Shown one piece after another: positions 1-11,591 of a DNA stretch of 64,000 nucleotides. The notes under the pieces were generated by a model. The model searched no databases, had not been told where the DNA came from, and saw only the letters and a program-made list of their open reading frames with translations. Each line of letters starts with the position of its first letter. The first letter of the stretch is position 1. A program made the translations under genes and the position numbers. Where the stretch lies: NCBI GenBank assembly GCA_002441245.1, contig DJVP01000011.1, positions 193,722 through 257,721 of the forward strand, given 5' to 3'. This stretch comes from Candidatus Omnitrophica bacterium UBA6253. Its GTDB lineage: Bacteria > Omnitrophota > Gorgyraeia > Gygaellales > Profunditerraquicolaceae.

Positions 1-409
<409 letters not shown>

Positions 410-412
410 TCT

Positions 413-790
413 ATGCCCACAATTGCTCAATTAATCAGGTTTGGTAGAAGTTCCAAGAAAAAAAGAAGCAAATCTCCGGCTTTAAGAAATTGTCCTCAGA
501 GAAGAGGCGTTTGCCTTCAGGTGCGTACGATGACACCTAAGAAGCCTAACTCCGCCTTAAGAAAGATTGCCAGGGTCAGGCTTACTACGGGTATTGAGGT
601 CACTGCTTATATCCCGGGAGAAGGGCATAATCTTCAGGAGCACTCTATCGTTTTAGTCAGGGGTGGCAGGGTTAAAGATCTCCCCGGTGTACGGTATCAT
701 ATTGTAAGGGGTACGCTGGATGCTTCAGGTGTTAATGCGCGAAGAAGATCGCGTTCAAAATACGGGGCAAAGAAACCAAAGGATAAATAA
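413..790 (+). CDS. rpsL: 30S ribosomal protein S12
   Basis: 125 aa; MPTI.QLIR...[10 protein letters not shown]...[19 protein letters not shown] motif. Confidence 0.95.
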   Translation: MPTIAQLIRFGRSSKKKRSKSPALRNCPQRRGVCLQVRTMTPKKPNSALRKIARVRLTTGIEVTAYIPGEGHNLQEHSIVLVRGGRVKDLPGVRYHIVRGTLDASGVNARRRSRSKYGAKKPKDK

Positions 791-1260
791 TGAGAAGAAG
801 AAAAGCGCAGGAAAAAAACATTCTAGCAGATCCTAAATTCAACAGTAAAATAGTAGCCAAATTTATTAATATGGTTATGATTGAAGGCAAGAAATCAGTA
901 GCGGAAAAATTGGTTTATAGCGCTTTTGATATTGCCCAGAAGAATTTGAATGAGCAGGATATCCTGAAGGTATTTTATAAGGCATTAGATAATGCCCGGC
1001 CGCGCCTGGAAGTAAAACCGCGCAGGGTCGGCGGAGCTACCTATCAGGTGCCCATAGAAGTCAGGCAGGAGCGTGGAACTTCTATCGCTCTTCGCTGGAT
1101 CAGGGATTTTGCCCAGCATAGAAAAGGTAAACCGATGCAGGAGAAATTGGCGGATGAGATTATTTCTGCTTATAAAGGCGAAGGCTCAGCTATAAAGAAG
1201 AGAGATGATACGCATAAGATGGCCGAATCAAATAAGGCATATGCGCATTTCCGCTGGTAA
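790..1260 (+). CDS. rpsG: 30S ribosomal protein S7
   Basis: 156 aa; conserved S7 sequence; str operon order. Confidence 0.95.
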   Translation: MRRRKAQEKNILADPKFNSKIVAKFINMVMIEGKKSVAEKLVYSAFDIAQKNLNEQDILKVFYKALDNARPRLEVKPRRVGGATYQVPIEVRQERGTSIALRWIRDFAQHRKGKPMQEKLADEIISAYKGEGSAIKKRDDTHKMAESNKAYAHFRW

Positions 1261-1268
1261 ATAAAAAT

Positions 1269-3365
1269 ATGAGAAAAATTCCGTTAGAAAAAATCAGGAA
1301 CATCGGCATAATTGCCCATATCGACGCTGGAAAGACTACGACCAGCGAGCGCATCCTGTTTTATACAGGAAGAAATTATAAAATTGGCGAGGTCCATGAT
1401 GGAGCCGCGACCATGGATTGGATGGTCCAGGAGCAAGAGAGGGGTATTACTATTACCGCTGCCGCTACTACTTGCACCTGGAAAGATATAACTATCAACT
1501 TGATTGATACGCCGGGCCACGTAGATTTTACTATTGAGGTTGAGCGATCATTAAAGGTTTTAGACGGGGCAGTGGTTGTTTTTTGTGGCGTCGGTGGGGT
1601 TGAGCCACAATCAGAAACTGTATGGCGGCAAGCCGACCGTTATAATGTTCCACGCATTGCTTTTGTAAACAAAATGGACAGGACCGGCTCGGATTTCTTT
1701 GAAGTAATTGATCAGATGTATAAAAGGCTGGGTGCTAATGTGGCGGCAATCCAGATCCCTTTTGGCAAAGAGGCTAACTTTAACGGTATCGTTGATCTGG
1801 TTGAGAAAAAGCTTGTTTTATATAAAGATGATTTAGGCAAGGAGATTGAAATAAAAGATGTCCCTGAAGATATGCTTGGCGATTTCGAGAAATACCGTAT
1901 GATCCTGGTTGAAAAATTAGCTGAAGCGGATGATAAGATTATGGAGGATTACCTGCAGGGCAAGGTTGTGACTAATGAACAGCTAAAGACAACAATTCGT
2001 AAAACCGTTATTGCCAATACTTTCGTGCCGGTTCTTTGCGGCACTGCTTTTAAGAATAAGGGTGTACAGTTGGTTTTAGACGCGGTAAAGGATTACCTGC
2101 CTTCTCCGATTGATGTTCCAGCAGTCAAAGGAACTAACCCGGATACGGGAGAGTTTGAAGAGGTTGCCGCAGATGATAAAAGCCCGTTTACTGCTCTCTG
2201 TTTTAAGGTTGCTACAGATCCTTTTGTCGGTAAAATTTATTTTATAAGAATGTATTCCGGCACCCTTACTGCCGGAACCTATATTTATAATGCCTCCAAA
2301 AGAGAAAGGGAGCGCGTTACCAAGATTGTTAAAATGCACGCTAATCACCAAGAGATGATCGATAGTATTTCCACGGGAGATATTGCTGCGGCTGTAGGTT
2401 TAAAAGATACCAAGACAGGAGATACGCTTTGCACGGAAAAGAACCCTATCCTTATTGAAGCCATGCGTTTTCCTGAACCGGTTATTCAGCAGGCAATTGA
2501 ACCTAAATCAAAGGATGCCCAGGAAAAACTGGGTTTGGCCATGCATAAACTGGAGGATGAAGATCCATCATTCCGGGTTACCTATAATCAGGAGACTGGA
2601 CAGACTCTCATTGCTGGTATGGGGCAATTACACCTGGAAATTATTATCGATAGGATCCTGCGCGAATTTAATGTTGAGGCCCAGGTGGGTGCCCCGCAGG
2701 TCGCATATCGGGAGACAATTAGAAAAAGCGTTCCCAGTGTCGGTAAATTTATCTCTCAATCTGGTGGCCGCGGCCAATACGGCCATTGTGTTATTGAGAT
2801 GAGCCCTCAAGAAGTTCCTGGTACAGGTATTACATTTGAAGATAAAATAAAAAGTGGTTCTATCCCGCGTGAATTTATTCCAGCTGTAAAGCAGGGCGTA
2901 ATGGGGGCAGCTAAAAACGGAGTTTTAGCCGGCTATCCTGTTACGGATGTAAAGGTAGTTTTAGTCGATGGATCATTCCATGAAGTTGATTCTTCGGAGC
3001 TGGCATTTAAAATGGCCGGCTCAATTGCCTTTCAAGACGGGATGAGAAAAGCTCATCCGGTGCTCCTTGAGCCGATTATGGATATTGAGGTAATTGTGCC
3101 TGAAGAATTTATGGGTCAGATTATTGGAGATTTAAGCAGCCGCCGCGCAAAAATTATTGCCCTCGGGCAGAGATTAAATTTACGTACTATCCGAGCGAAC
3201 GTTCCGCTATCTGAAGTTTTTAATTATGCAACTATAACAAGATCCTTGACACAGGGTCGTGCATCGTATACAATGGAACCTTCCTTTTACAGTGAGGTTC
3301 CTGCTCATGTAGCGGAGAAAATTGTTTCGGGATCATCGAATACAGGCGCAAGAAAAACTTTTTAA
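1269..3365 (+). CDS. fusA: elongation factor G
   Basis: 698 aa; [23 protein letters not shown] GTPase motifs. Confidence 0.97.
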   Translation: MRKIPLEKIRNIGIIAHIDAGKTTTSERILFYTGRNYKIGEVHDGAATMDWMVQEQERGITITAAATTCTWKDITINLIDTPGHVDFTIEVERSLKVLDGAVVVFCGVGGVEPQSETVWRQADRYNVPRIAFVNKMDRTGSDFFEVIDQMYKRLGANVAAIQIPFGKEANFNGIVDLVEKKLVLYKDDLGKEIEIKDVPEDMLGDFEKYRMILVEKLAEADDKIMEDYLQGKVVTNEQLKTTIRKTVIANTFVPVLCGTAFKNKGVQLVLDAVKDYLPSPIDVPAVKGTNPDTGEFEEVAADDKSPFTALCFKVATDPFVGKIYFIRMYSGTLTAGTYIYNASKRERERVTKIVKMHANHQEMIDSISTGDIAAAVGLKDTKTGDTLCTEKNPILIEAMRFPEPVIQQAIEPKSKDAQEKLGLAMHKLEDEDPSFRVTYNQETGQTLIAGMGQLHLEIIIDRILREFNVEAQVGAPQVAYRETIRKSVPSVGKFISQSGGRGQYGHCVIEMSPQEVPGTGITFEDKIKSGSIPREFIPAVKQGVMGAAKNGVLAGYPVTDVKVVLVDGSFHEVDSSELAFKMAGSIAFQDGMRKAHPVLLEPIMDIEVIVPEEFMGQIIGDLSSRRAKIIALGQRLNLRTIRANVPLSEVFNYATITRSLTQGRASYTMEPSFYSEVPAHVAEKIVSGSSNTGARKTF

Positions 3366-3385
3366 AAAAATAGGAGGGCTAAGCA

Positions 3386-4588
3386 ATGGCTAAAGAAAAA
3401 TTTGTAAGAAGCAAACCGCATGTAAATATTGGGACCATTGGTCATATTGACCATGGTAAGACCACGCTTACTGCTGCCATTTGTAATGTGTTATCTAAAC
3501 TTGGTAAAGCCGCACACAGGGATTATGCGGATATCGCTAAAGGCGGAACAGTCAGAGACGATACAAAGGTAGTTACTATCTCGGTTGCCCATGTTGAATA
3601 TGAGACCGATTCACGCCACTATGCCCATATTGATTGCCCGGGACATGCAGATTACATTAAGAATATGATTACTGGAGCAGCCCAGATGGATGGGGCAATT
3701 CTGGTAGTTTCTGCAGCGGATGGCCCCATGCCTCAGACCAGAGAACATATTCTTTTAGCGCGCCAGGTTAATGTGCCGGCTATGGTTGTATTTATGAATA
3801 AGTGCGATTTAGTAGATGATAAAGAACTTTTAGACCTGGTAGAAATGGAGATCAGGGAACTTTTAACTAAATACGGGTATCCTGGAGACAAGACTCCGAT
3901 TATCCGTGGTAGCGCAAATAAGGCTTATGCTGCAGCTGATCCTAATAGCCCGGATGCAAAGCCGATTTTGGATTTAATGAAAGCGGTTGATGAGTTTATT
4001 CCTCTTCCTCCCAGAGAATTAGATAAGCCTTTGCTTATGGCCGTTGAGGATGTTTTTAGTATTGAAGGAAGGGGTACTGTAGGGACAGGAAGAATTGAAC
4101 GTGGCAAGGTAAAGGTTGGAGAAGAGGTTGAAATTATTGGCCTTAGGCCGGAAGCCAAGAAATCGGTAGTTACCGGGATTGAAATGTTCCGTAAACTTCT
4201 TGATGAAGGCCATGCTGGTGATAATGTCGGCCTTCTTTTAAGAGGCATAGAAAAGAATGATATTGAACGTGGGATGGTAATTGCTGCACCTAAATCCATT
4301 CTACCTCATACAAAATTTAAGGCTCAGGTTTATATCTTGACCAAGGAAGAAGGCGGAAGACATACTCCATTTTTTAAAGGTTATCGTCCGCAGTTTTATT
4401 TCCGTACTACTGACGTTACCGGTTCAGCAACTCTTCCTACTGGCATAGAAATGGTTATGCCTGGCGATAATGTAGTTCTGGAGGTAGAATTGATTACTCC
4501 GATAGCCATGGAAAAGGAATCGCGTTTTGCCATCCGTGAAGGCGGGCATACCGTGGGTGCAGGTGTAGTTACGGAGATTATTGCATAA
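3386..4588 (+). CDS. tuf: elongation factor Tu (divergent switch I)
   Basis: 400 aa; [21 protein letters not shown] motifs. Confidence 0.96.
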   Translation: MAKEKFVRSKPHVNIGTIGHIDHGKTTLTAAICNVLSKLGKAAHRDYADIAKGGTVRDDTKVVTISVAHVEYETDSRHYAHIDCPGHADYIKNMITGAAQMDGAILVVSAADGPMPQTREHILLARQVNVPAMVVFMNKCDLVDDKELLDLVEMEIRELLTKYGYPGDKTPIIRGSANKAYAAADPNSPDAKPILDLMKAVDEFIPLPPRELDKPLLMAVEDVFSIEGRGTVGTGRIERGKVKVGEEVEIIGLRPEAKKSVVTGIEMFRKLLDEGHAGDNVGLLLRGIEKNDIERGMVIAAPKSILPHTKFKAQVYILTKEEGGRHTPFFKGYRPQFYFRTTDVTGSATLPTGIEMVMPGDNVVLEVELITPIAMEKESRFAIREGGHTVGAGVVTEIIA

Positions 4589-4591
4589 TCA

Positions 4592-4897
4592 ATGAATACT
4601 CAGAAGATTCGTATTAAATTAAAAGCCTATGATCACCGGCTTTTGGATCAGGCAGTAATTGAGATTGTGGATACCGTTAAGCGCACCGGGGCCAAGATTT
4701 CCGGCCCCGTACCGCTTCCCACTAAACGTGAGATTTACACGGTACTGCGTTCTCCTCATGTTGACAAGAAATCGCGTGAACAGTTTGATTTATCTACGCA
4801 TAAGCGCCTTATTGACATCTTTGAACCCACAGCTAAGACCATCGATTCATTAAGGAAGTTAAACTTGCCCGCAGGTGTGGATGTAGAGATCAAGTAG
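4592..4897 (+). CDS. rpsJ: 30S ribosomal protein S10
   Basis: 101 aa; [16 protein letters not shown] typical S10. Confidence 0.95.
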   Translation: MNTQKIRIKLKAYDHRLLDQAVIEIVDTVKRTGAKISGPVPLPTKREIYTVLRSPHVDKKSREQFDLSTHKRLIDIFEPTAKTIDSLRKLNLPAGVDVEIK

Positions 4898-4921
4898 TAA
4901 ATCAAAAACGGATAAATTGAT

Positions 4922-5557
4922 ATGATCGGGTTAATTGGTAAGAAAATTGGGATGACACAGGTTTTTGCGGCGGATAACAGCCAGGTTGGAGTTACTGCAA
5001 TTCAGGCAGGTCCTTGTCCTGTTTTGATGGTTAAAGATAAGAATATCCAGTTGGGTTTTGATGCAGCAAGGGAAAAAAGCCTGAAGAAACCCCAGGCAGG
5101 ATTTTTCAAGAAATTGAATATTTTGCCGCGCAAGGTGATTAAAGATCTTTCAAGAGAAGCTAATGTTGAATATAAAGTCGGCGATGAGCTTAAGGTTGAT
5201 CTTTTCGCAGAAGGTGATTTTGTAGATATCAGTGGGATTTCTCTTGGTAAAGGTTTTGCGGGTGGTATGAAGCGTTGGCATTGGAAGGGCGGGCCAAGGA
5301 CACATGGGTCAACCTCGCACCGCAGGGTCGGTTCCATCGGTTCTTCTACCACTCCCGGGCGAGTCTTTAGGGGGCATAATATGCCCGGGCATATGGGGGT
5401 TGAGAAAGTTACAGTACAAAATCTTAAAGTTATCAGGGTGGATTTAGCAAATAATATTCTTTTGATTGAAGGGGGAGTTCCCGGGCATAAGAATGGTTAT
5501 TTGGTGATTACTAAGGCCAAGAAAAAGGCCCATAAGAAAGCAGTGCTTAAGAAATAA
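4922..5557 (+). CDS. rplC: 50S ribosomal protein L3
   Basis: 211 aa; [10 protein letters not shown] start, L3 family. Confidence 0.95.
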   Translation: MIGLIGKKIGMTQVFAADNSQVGVTAIQAGPCPVLMVKDKNIQLGFDAAREKSLKKPQAGFFKKLNILPRKVIKDLSREANVEYKVGDELKVDLFAEGDFVDISGISLGKGFAGGMKRWHWKGGPRTHGSTSHRRVGSIGSSTTPGRVFRGHNMPGHMGVEKVTVQNLKVIRVDLANNILLIEGGVPGHKNGYLVITKAKKKAHKKAVLKK

Positions 5558-5558
5558 T

Positions 5559-6203
5559 ATGTTTATCTTACCTGTATATAATAGCGAAGGCAAAGAAGTT
5601 GATACGGTGAAACTTAATTCCGAGGTTTTTGATGGCAGCCAAAATACGGATTGCCTTCATCAGGCTATCGAAGCTTATAAGACAAATCAGAGAAAGGGCC
5701 TGGCTTCGACTAAAACTCGCGGAGAAGTTTCAGGCGGCGGCAAAAAACCATGGAAGCAAAAAGGTACAGGCCGGGCTCGTGTAGGTTCTACGCGATCACC
5801 TCTTTGGAGGCATGGTGGCGTAACTTTTGGCCCGCATCCCCGAGATTTTTCTTATGAGCTTCCGCAGAAGATCAAGGCCCTGGCTTTAAAGACTAGTTTA
5901 AATACCAGGCTAAAAGAAAACAATTTCCTGGTTTTAGATGAATTCAAGGTTGATGCGCCAAAGACCAAATTGGCGGTAAAGGTATTAACGGATCTTAAAT
6001 TGTTTTCCTCTAAAATTAAGAAAGAACGAAAGGTATTATTTTTAACCCATAAATTAGATGTTGATTTAAAGAGAGCTTTAAAAAATATCAGTTTTTTAAC
6101 CGTAGATTTAGCTAAAGATTGCCACGCTTACGAGGTAATGAATAACCAGAAATTACTTATTACCAAGGCCGGCTTAAACGATTTGACTGAGAGGTTGAAG
6201 TAA
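5559..6203 (+). CDS. rplD: 50S ribosomal protein L4
   Basis: 214 aa; operon position and L4-like sequence. Confidence 0.92.
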   Translation: MFILPVYNSEGKEVDTVKLNSEVFDGSQNTDCLHQAIEAYKTNQRKGLASTKTRGEVSGGGKKPWKQKGTGRARVGSTRSPLWRHGGVTFGPHPRDFSYELPQKIKALALKTSLNTRLKENNFLVLDEFKVDAPKTKLAVKVLTDLKLFSSKIKKERKVLFLTHKLDVDLKRALKNISFLTVDLAKDCHAYEVMNNQKLLITKAGLNDLTERLK

Positions 6204-6481
6204 TGAGCGCAGGACAGGTAATAATTAAGGCCCTTTTACAGACGGAAAAATCCAGTACGTACCAGCCAACGGGTAAATACCTTTTTTTGGTAGTTAATTC
6301 TTCCAATAAGATTCAGATTAAGAAGGCTGTTGAGCAGGCTTATAAAGTAAAGGTAAAAAATGTTAATACATTTGTTTCTCCGGGTAAGCTTAAAAGAGTA
6401 AGGCATCAGCTGGGGCGCACTCCAGACACCAAAAAAGCTGTAGTTACCTTAGTGGCCGGACAGAAGATTGAAGTTCAGTAG
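6203..6481 (+). CDS. rplW: 50S ribosomal protein L23
   Basis: 92 aa; position between L4 and L2. Confidence 0.88.
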   Translation: MSAGQVIIKALLQTEKSSTYQPTGKYLFLVVNSSNKIQIKKAVEQAYKVKVKNVNTFVSPGKLKRVRHQLGRTPDTKKAVVTLVAGQKIEVQ

Positions 6482-6506
6482 GTAAAACAAAAAAGAAAGA
6501 ATATCA

Positions 6507-7343
6507 ATGGGAACAATAAAATTTAAACCGACAACGCCATCAAGAAGGCATATGAGTGGTCCGGATTTTGCCGAGATTACTAAACATAAACCGGAACGTT
6601 CATTGCTTTTGCCGCTTAAGAAAACCGGCGGAAGAAATTCTTATGGCCGCATAACTACCAGGCATATAGGCGGCGGGCATAAAAGGATGTTGCGCATTAT
6701 TGATTTTAAACGCGATATTTATGACCAGCCGGCAAAGGTCTTGGCTATTGAATATGATCCTAACCGTTCAGCCAGAATCGCCTTGGTTGAATACCCCGAT
6801 AAACAGAAGCGTTATATTATCGCTCCGGTAGGGCTTAATGTGGATGATATGATTATATCCAGCAACCAGAAGGACATGGAGATTAAAGTAGGAAATTGCC
6901 TTTTGTTGCGAAATATTCCTTCCGGCACGTTGATCCATAACATTGAATTATTTAAAGGTAAGGGCGGCCAGATTGTACGTGGGGCCGGGACCAGCGCGCA
7001 GATTATGGCAAAAGAAGGTGATTTTGCCCATGTTAGGCTCCCTTCCGGGGAAGTAAGATTATTGAGCTTGGATTGCCATGCGACTGTTGGCCAGATTGGC
7101 AACATAGAACATGAATCGCTGATTTTAGGCAAGGCGGGAAAGAGCCGCTGGTTGGGCATTAAGCCTTCAGTAAGAGGTGTTGTAATGAATCCTGTTGACC
7201 ATCCTCACGGCGGAGGCGAAGGTAAATCAGGCCAGGGTAATCCCCATCCGGTTACTCCATGGGGTAAGCCTACTAAAGGCTATAGGACAAGAAACCGGAA
7301 TAAGTATTCTAACAAGTTTATTATAAAGAGAAGGAAGCCATAA
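6507..7343 (+). CDS. rplB: 50S ribosomal protein L2
   Basis: 278 aa; [26 protein letters not shown] motifs. Confidence 0.96.
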   Translation: MGTIKFKPTTPSRRHMSGPDFAEITKHKPERSLLLPLKKTGGRNSYGRITTRHIGGGHKRMLRIIDFKRDIYDQPAKVLAIEYDPNRSARIALVEYPDKQKRYIIAPVGLNVDDMIISSNQKDMEIKVGNCLLLRNIPSGTLIHNIELFKGKGGQIVRGAGTSAQIMAKEGDFAHVRLPSGEVRLLSLDCHATVGQIGNIEHESLILGKAGKSRWLGIKPSVRGVVMNPVDHPHGGGEGKSGQGNPHPVTPWGKPTKGYRTRNRNKYSNKFIIKRRKP

Positions 7344-7345
7344 TT

Positions 7346-7633
7346 ATGCCGCGCTCATTAAAAAAAGGTCCATATGTTGAGGAGAGTTTATTAAAGAAAG
7401 TTGAAAGGCATACTAAGAGCGGGCAGCGTCAGGCAATTAAGACCTGGAGCCGCCGTTCAACTATAATTCCTGATTTTGTGGGTTTAACTTTTGCGGTTTA
7501 CGACGGTAGAAGGCATAATCCGGTATTTGTCACCGAGAATATGGTCGGGCATAAATTAGGCGAATTCTCTCCCTCAAGAATTTTTAGGAAACATGGCGGT
7601 ATCAAGGCCAAGAAGGCCCTGGAGAAGACATAA
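7346..7633 (+). CDS. rpsS: 30S ribosomal protein S19
   Basis: 95 aa; [11 protein letters not shown] start. Confidence 0.95.
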   Translation: MPRSLKKGPYVEESLLKKVERHTKSGQRQAIKTWSRRSTIIPDFVGLTFAVYDGRRHNPVFVTENMVGHKLGEFSPSRIFRKHGGIKAKKALEKT

Positions 7634-7634
7634 G

Positions 7635-7973
7635 ATGATTTCAAAAGCTGAAGGGAAATTTCTACGGGTTTCACCCAGTAAGGTCAGGCTGGTTATGGAT
7701 CTTATACGCGGCAAAGACGCTATTGAGGCGCAAAGTATTTTGCTGCATTTAAATAAAAGGGCCAAAGAGTATTTGATAAAGATATTGAGATCTGCGATTG
7801 CCAATGCCAAAGTAAAGGGTTTTGGGGCGGATAAATTGTATGTTTCTAAAATTGTTTGTAATCCCGGGCCAATGTGGAAGAGGTTTAAGGCCGCTGCTTT
7901 TGGCCGGGCCGCATCAGTAGTAAAACGTACCGCGCATATTAAAATTGAGTTGGATTTAAAACCTGGAGAATAA
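7635..7973 (+). CDS. rplV: 50S ribosomal protein L22
   Basis: ATG at 7635 right after rpsS stop gives MISKAEGKFLRVSPSKVRLV...; the ORF-track start at 7593 overlaps rpsS and is less likely. Confidence 0.88.
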   Translation: MISKAEGKFLRVSPSKVRLVMDLIRGKDAIEAQSILLHLNKRAKEYLIKILRSAIANAKVKGFGADKLYVSKIVCNPGPMWKRFKAAAFGRAASVVKRTAHIKIELDLKPGE

Positions 7974-7976
7974 TTT

Positions 7977-8681
7977 ATGGGACATAAGGTAAGTCCTTTG
8001 GTATTAAGGATTGGTTTTATAAGACAGTGGCATTCACGCTGGTTTGCTAAGGCTAAAGATTTCCCGTTGTTTATTCAACAGGATTGTAAGATAAGAAAGT
8101 TTATCAAGAGTAAGTTTAAGCAGGCAGCGATCTCCAAAATTGTTATTGAAAGGTTGGCAGAGAAAATCAAAATCCGTATATTTTCGGCCCGTCCGGGTAT
8201 TATTATCGGGCGGCATGGTTCGGATATTGAGCGGTTGCGTTCAGATTTGAATAATCTGGTAAAAAATGAGCTTTCTATAGATATACATGAAGTAAACAAC
8301 CCTGCCTGGGATGCGCAGTTGGTAGCGGAGAATATTGCCTTGCAGCAGGAGAAAAGGATTGCCTTCCGCCGTGCCGTGAAAAGGGCCATGGAGCAGTCTA
8401 TTGCTTCCGGGGTAAAAGGGATAAGGGTAAGTTGTTCCGGCCGGCTTAATGGGGCAGAAATGGGCCGTAGGGAAACCTACAAGATTGGCTCAGTCCCTCT
8501 GCAGACTTTGCGTGCGGATATTGATTATGGTTTCGCCGAAGCCCTTACTACATATGGTTTAATCGGGGTTAAGGTTTGGATTTATAAAGGAGATGTCCTG
8601 GGAAAACAATTCATACAGGAAGAAACAAAGACCGCCGGTCAACAACAGCAGCCTAAAGAGCAGTTTAGGCCTTCACGATAA
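7977..8681 (+). CDS. rpsC: 30S ribosomal protein S3
   Basis: 234 aa; MGHKVSPLVLRIG start, KH domain. Confidence 0.95.
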   Translation: MGHKVSPLVLRIGFIRQWHSRWFAKAKDFPLFIQQDCKIRKFIKSKFKQAAISKIVIERLAEKIKIRIFSARPGIIIGRHGSDIERLRSDLNNLVKNELSIDIHEVNNPAWDAQLVAENIALQQEKRIAFRRAVKRAMEQSIASGVKGIRVSCSGRLNGAEMGRRETYKIGSVPLQTLRADIDYGFAEALTTYGLIGVKVWIYKGDVLGKQFIQEETKTAGQQQQPKEQFRPSR

Positions 8682-8698
8682 GTTAGGAGTAGCTAGAT

Positions 8699-9115
8699 AT
8701 GGTTTTAATGCCCAAGAGGGTTAAATATCGTAAATTACAAAAAGGTCAGAGGCGCGGGATAGCGACTAGCGGAGCAACTCTATCTTTCGGGGAGTTTGGT
8801 TTAAAATCATTGGACAATGGCTGGATTAAGAATACACAGATTGAAGCAGTGCGTGTTATCCTTGCCCGCCAGTTGCATAAGGGTGGAAAATTATGGATCA
8901 GGATTTTTCCGGATAAATCTATAACCAAGAAGCCGGCGGAAGTCCGCATGGGTAAAGGCAAAGGCGATCTTGACCATTGGGTCTGCGTGGTAAAAAGAGG
9001 GCGCATCCTTTTTGAGCTAGGTGGAGTCCCTGAAGAATATGCCAAGGCCTGTTTTCGCCTGGCAGCTTATAAAATACCACTGCGTACTAAATTTATAACC
9101 AGGGTGCATAAATAA
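8699..9115 (+). CDS. rplP: 50S ribosomal protein L16
   Basis: 138 aa; MPKRVKYRK start. Confidence 0.95.
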   Translation: MVLMPKRVKYRKLQKGQRRGIATSGATLSFGEFGLKSLDNGWIKNTQIEAVRVILARQLHKGGKLWIRIFPDKSITKKPAEVRMGKGKGDLDHWVCVVKRGRILFELGGVPEEYAKACFRLAAYKIPLRTKFITRVHK

Positions 9116-9116
9116 T

Positions 9117-9308
9117 ATGAAAGCAGAAGAGTTAAGGAATTTATCGGAAGGGGAATTGTTGCTGAAAGAGAAGGCCTTGTACGAGGAATTATCTAAGCTG
9201 AATATTCAGCGTTATACAGGCAGCGTGGAGAAACCACACAAGTTTGCCCTGATCAAGCAGGATATCGCGCGCATCAGGACAATCTTAAACGAGAAGAAAG
9301 ATAAATAA
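9117..9308 (+). CDS. rpmC: 50S ribosomal protein L29
   Basis: 63 aa; MKAEELRNLSEGEL. Confidence 0.9.
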   Translation: MKAEELRNLSEGELLLKEKALYEELSKLNIQRYTGSVEKPHKFALIKQDIARIRTILNEKKDK

Positions 9309-9309
9309 G

Positions 9310-9591
9310 ATGGGTAAGCAAAAAGAATTTACCGGGGTGGTAGTCAGCGATAAAATGCAGAAGACGGTAGTAGTAAAGACTATGCATTTGAGCAGGCATA
9401 CAAAATACTCTAAAACAATCAGGATGCATAATAAGTTTAAGGCGCATGATGAAAAAGGTATTGCCAAGTCCGGTGATATCGTGAGAATCGTTGAAAGCCG
9501 CCCTTTGTCAAAAGATAAGCGTTTCATTGTTAAGGAAGTGGTTAAGAAATTCCATGAGGCAAAGATTGCCGCTCCTGAGGAGATTTTATAA
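9310..9591 (+). CDS. rpsQ: 30S ribosomal protein S17
   Basis: 93 aa; GVVVSDKMQKTVVV. Confidence 0.9.
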   Translation: MGKQKEFTGVVVSDKMQKTVVVKTMHLSRHTKYSKTIRMHNKFKAHDEKGIAKSGDIVRIVESRPLSKDKRFIVKEVVKKFHEAKIAAPEEIL

Positions 9592-9960
9592 ATGATTCAA
9601 TTACGTTCTATTCTGGATGTTGCGGATAATACTGGTGCGCGCAGGGCTTCCATGATTGCTACTTTGGGTAAAAAGGGAAGCTTTAATGCCGAGATCGGAG
9701 ATGTGATTAATGTTAATATTAAGGAGTCTATCCCCGGCGCAACTGTAAAAAAAGGTGAAAAGGCCAGGGCAGTAATTGTGCGTACCAGGCATGATATAAG
9801 AAGAGCGGATGGCTCAATTTTACGTTTTGACCGTAACGCCATAGTAATCATAGATGAAAAAGATAACCCCAGGGGTACGCGCGTATTCGGTCCGGTTGCC
9901 CGTGAGTTAAGGGATAGAAACTTTAATAAGATAATTTCTTTAGCGCCAGAGGTAATTTAA
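9592..9960 (+). CDS. rplN: 50S ribosomal protein L14
   Basis: 122 aa; [13 protein letters not shown]. Confidence 0.95.
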   Translation: MIQLRSILDVADNTGARRASMIATLGKKGSFNAEIGDVINVNIKESIPGATVKKGEKARAVIVRTRHDIRRADGSILRFDRNAIVIIDEKDNPRGTRVFGPVARELRDRNFNKIISLAPEVI

Positions 9961-10271
9961 TGCAGAAAATTAAGAAGAATGATATTGTCCAGATAACTAA
10001 GGGTAAGGATAAGGGTAAGCAGGGCAAGGTGATCAATGTTATCGAGAATGGAGGGCGGGCTTTGGTTGAAGGATTAAATCTGGCCAAGAAGCATAAGCGT
10101 CAGAGCCGCCAAGACCAAAAGGGAGGCATAGTTTCAATTGAAATGCCGGTTAGCGTTTCTAATTTGATGCTCTTTTGCAAGCATTGCTCTAAACCCAGCC
10201 GTGTGGGGGCAATGATATTAAAGGACGGTACAAAATCCAGATTTTGCAAGAGCTGTAAAGGGGCCTTATAA
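9960..10271 (+). CDS. rplX: 50S ribosomal protein L24 with a Cys4 zinc-ribbon C-terminus
   Basis: 103 aa; KOW region IKKNDIVQITKGKDKGKQGKV; C-terminus FCKHCS-x19-FCKSCK. Confidence 0.9.
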   Translation: MQKIKKNDIVQITKGKDKGKQGKVINVIENGGRALVEGLNLAKKHKRQSRQDQKGGIVSIEMPVSVSNLMLFCKHCSKPSRVGAMILKDGTKSRFCKSCKGAL

Positions 10272-10272
10272 A

Positions 10273-10824
10273 ATGATACCCAGGCTATTAGAAAAATATC
10301 GCAATGAAATTGTTCCTAAGCTAATGCAGGATTTTAAGCTTACGAATAAGATGGCTGTTCCTGTAATAGTTAAAGTTGTGGTGAATATGGGGATCGGCGA
10401 AGGTACTCAGGATATTAAGATGTTAGAAAAAGCCGTCGATGAATTAGGCAGTATCACCGGCCAGAAACCAATTATCCGCCGGGCAAAAAAAGCCATTGCC
10501 AATTTTAAGGTCAGACAGGGGCAGGCTGTTGGCGCAAAGGTCACCTTGAGAAAAGTAATGATGTATGAGTTTATAGACCGCTTGCTCAATATTTCTTTAC
10601 CGCGTATCCGCGATTTTCGCGGTGTTTCCCGGGATTCTTTTGATAAGGGGAACAATTATACTTTGGGTTTGAGCGAACAGATAATTTTTCCGGAAATTGA
10701 ATACGATAAGATTACGCGTACACAGGGTATGGATATTACCTTTGTGATTAAGAACGCAAAAAACAAAGATCAAGCAAGGGCGTTGTTGAAATATTTCGGC
10801 ATGCCCTTTAAGGACAAGGAATAA
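10273..10824 (+). CDS. rplE: 50S ribosomal protein L5
   Basis: 183 aa; L5 family. Confidence 0.95.
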   Translation: MIPRLLEKYRNEIVPKLMQDFKLTNKMAVPVIVKVVVNMGIGEGTQDIKMLEKAVDELGSITGQKPIIRRAKKAIANFKVRQGQAVGAKVTLRKVMMYEFIDRLLNISLPRIRDFRGVSRDSFDKGNNYTLGLSEQIIFPEIEYDKITRTQGMDITFVIKNAKNKDQARALLKYFGMPFKDKE

Positions 10825-10830
10825 AAAATA

Positions 10831-11016
10831 ATGGCAAAGAATTCTCAAATTGCAAGATGGAAAAGGCCGGCAAAATTTTCGACCCGCAAATACAACCGTT
10901 GTTCAATTTGCGGCAGGAGCAATGGGTATTTAAGAAGGTTTGAGCTTTGCCGGATTTGTTTCAGGGAACTGGCTTGGCAGGGGCTTATCCCGGGTGTGAA
11001 GAAAGCGAGTTGGTAG
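10831..11016 (+). CDS. rpsN: 30S ribosomal protein S14 type Z (zinc-binding)
   Basis: 61 aa; CSICGRS...CRICFRE Cys4. Confidence 0.92.
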   Translation: MAKNSQIARWKRPAKFSTRKYNRCSICGRSNGYLRRFELCRICFRELAWQGLIPGVKKASW

Positions 11017-11022
11017 ATACAA

Positions 11023-11109
11023 AATACTTTGTCTTTCTGGCAAAGTATTAATTCGCAGACGGCCTTACGGCCTACGACTTATATCATTTTTGTTGCATAA
11101 ACCGTCTGC
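11023..11109 (+). other. structured multi-hairpin RNA element in the rpsN-rpsH spacer
   Basis: Perfect 9-bp inverted repeat AATACTTTG/CAAAGTATT (11023-11049); nested GCAGACGG...CCGTCTGC (11055-62 with 11102-09) enclosing a GGCC-TTAC-GGCC hairpin; ends next to the rpsH RBS. Confidence 0.5.
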
Positions 11110-11129
11110 TCATTAAAATTGGGGGTTAA

Positions 11130-11525
11130 ATGTCAAGGACTGATTTAATTGCTGATGTTTTTACGATTATACGTAACGCCATAATTCTTAAGAGGGATGT
11201 CGTGGACCTGCCGTCATCCAATAATATAAAGTCAATTATAACTATCCTTAAAGATAATGATTATATCGATAATTTTAAGTTGATTGAAGATAAAAAACAG
11301 GGAATAGTCAGGGTGTACCTAAAATACACCGCAGGTAAATCTGCTATCCGTAATTTAAAACGTATTTCTAAGCCTGGTTTAAGGGTTTATGTTCCGGGCA
11401 AGAAGGTCCCTTCGGTTTTGCGAGGCAGGGGGCTAGCAATTATTTCTACATCCAAGGGTGTAATTACCGATAAGGCAGCCAGGGAACAAGGCGTAGGCGG
11501 CGAAGTTATCGGATATGTTTGGTAA
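11130..11525 (+). CDS. rpsH: 30S ribosomal protein S8
   Basis: 131 aa; S8 family. Confidence 0.95.
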   Translation: MSRTDLIADVFTIIRNAIILKRDVVDLPSSNNIKSIITILKDNDYIDNFKLIEDKKQGIVRVYLKYTAGKSAIRNLKRISKPGLRVYVPGKKVPSVLRGRGLAIISTSKGVITDKAAREQGVGGEVIGYVW

Positions 11526-11546
11526 ATAGCACCCGGCGTTGACAGT

Positions 11547-11591
11547 CACCCGACGCCAATATGTATTGCGTCGGTGTGCGCTATGTAGCGC
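11547..11591 (+). repeat. two-hairpin element (CGACGC-11nt loop-GCGTCG, then GCGCT-ATGT-AGCGC); a second copy lies at 48360-48406
   Basis: In the 104-nt rpsH-rplF spacer; shares the 11-mer GTATTGCGTCG and overall architecture with the element upstream of tRNA-Gly. Confidence 0.5.

Noticed and set aside
3925-4299. Antisense ORFs within tuf, fusA, rplB, secY and other genes (e.g. 3925-4299 -, 2076-2351 -, 6812-7159 -, 19351-20040 -)
   Set aside because: They lie entirely inside well-conserved genes on the opposite strand or frame, with low-complexity translations and no family resemblance; shadow ORFs.
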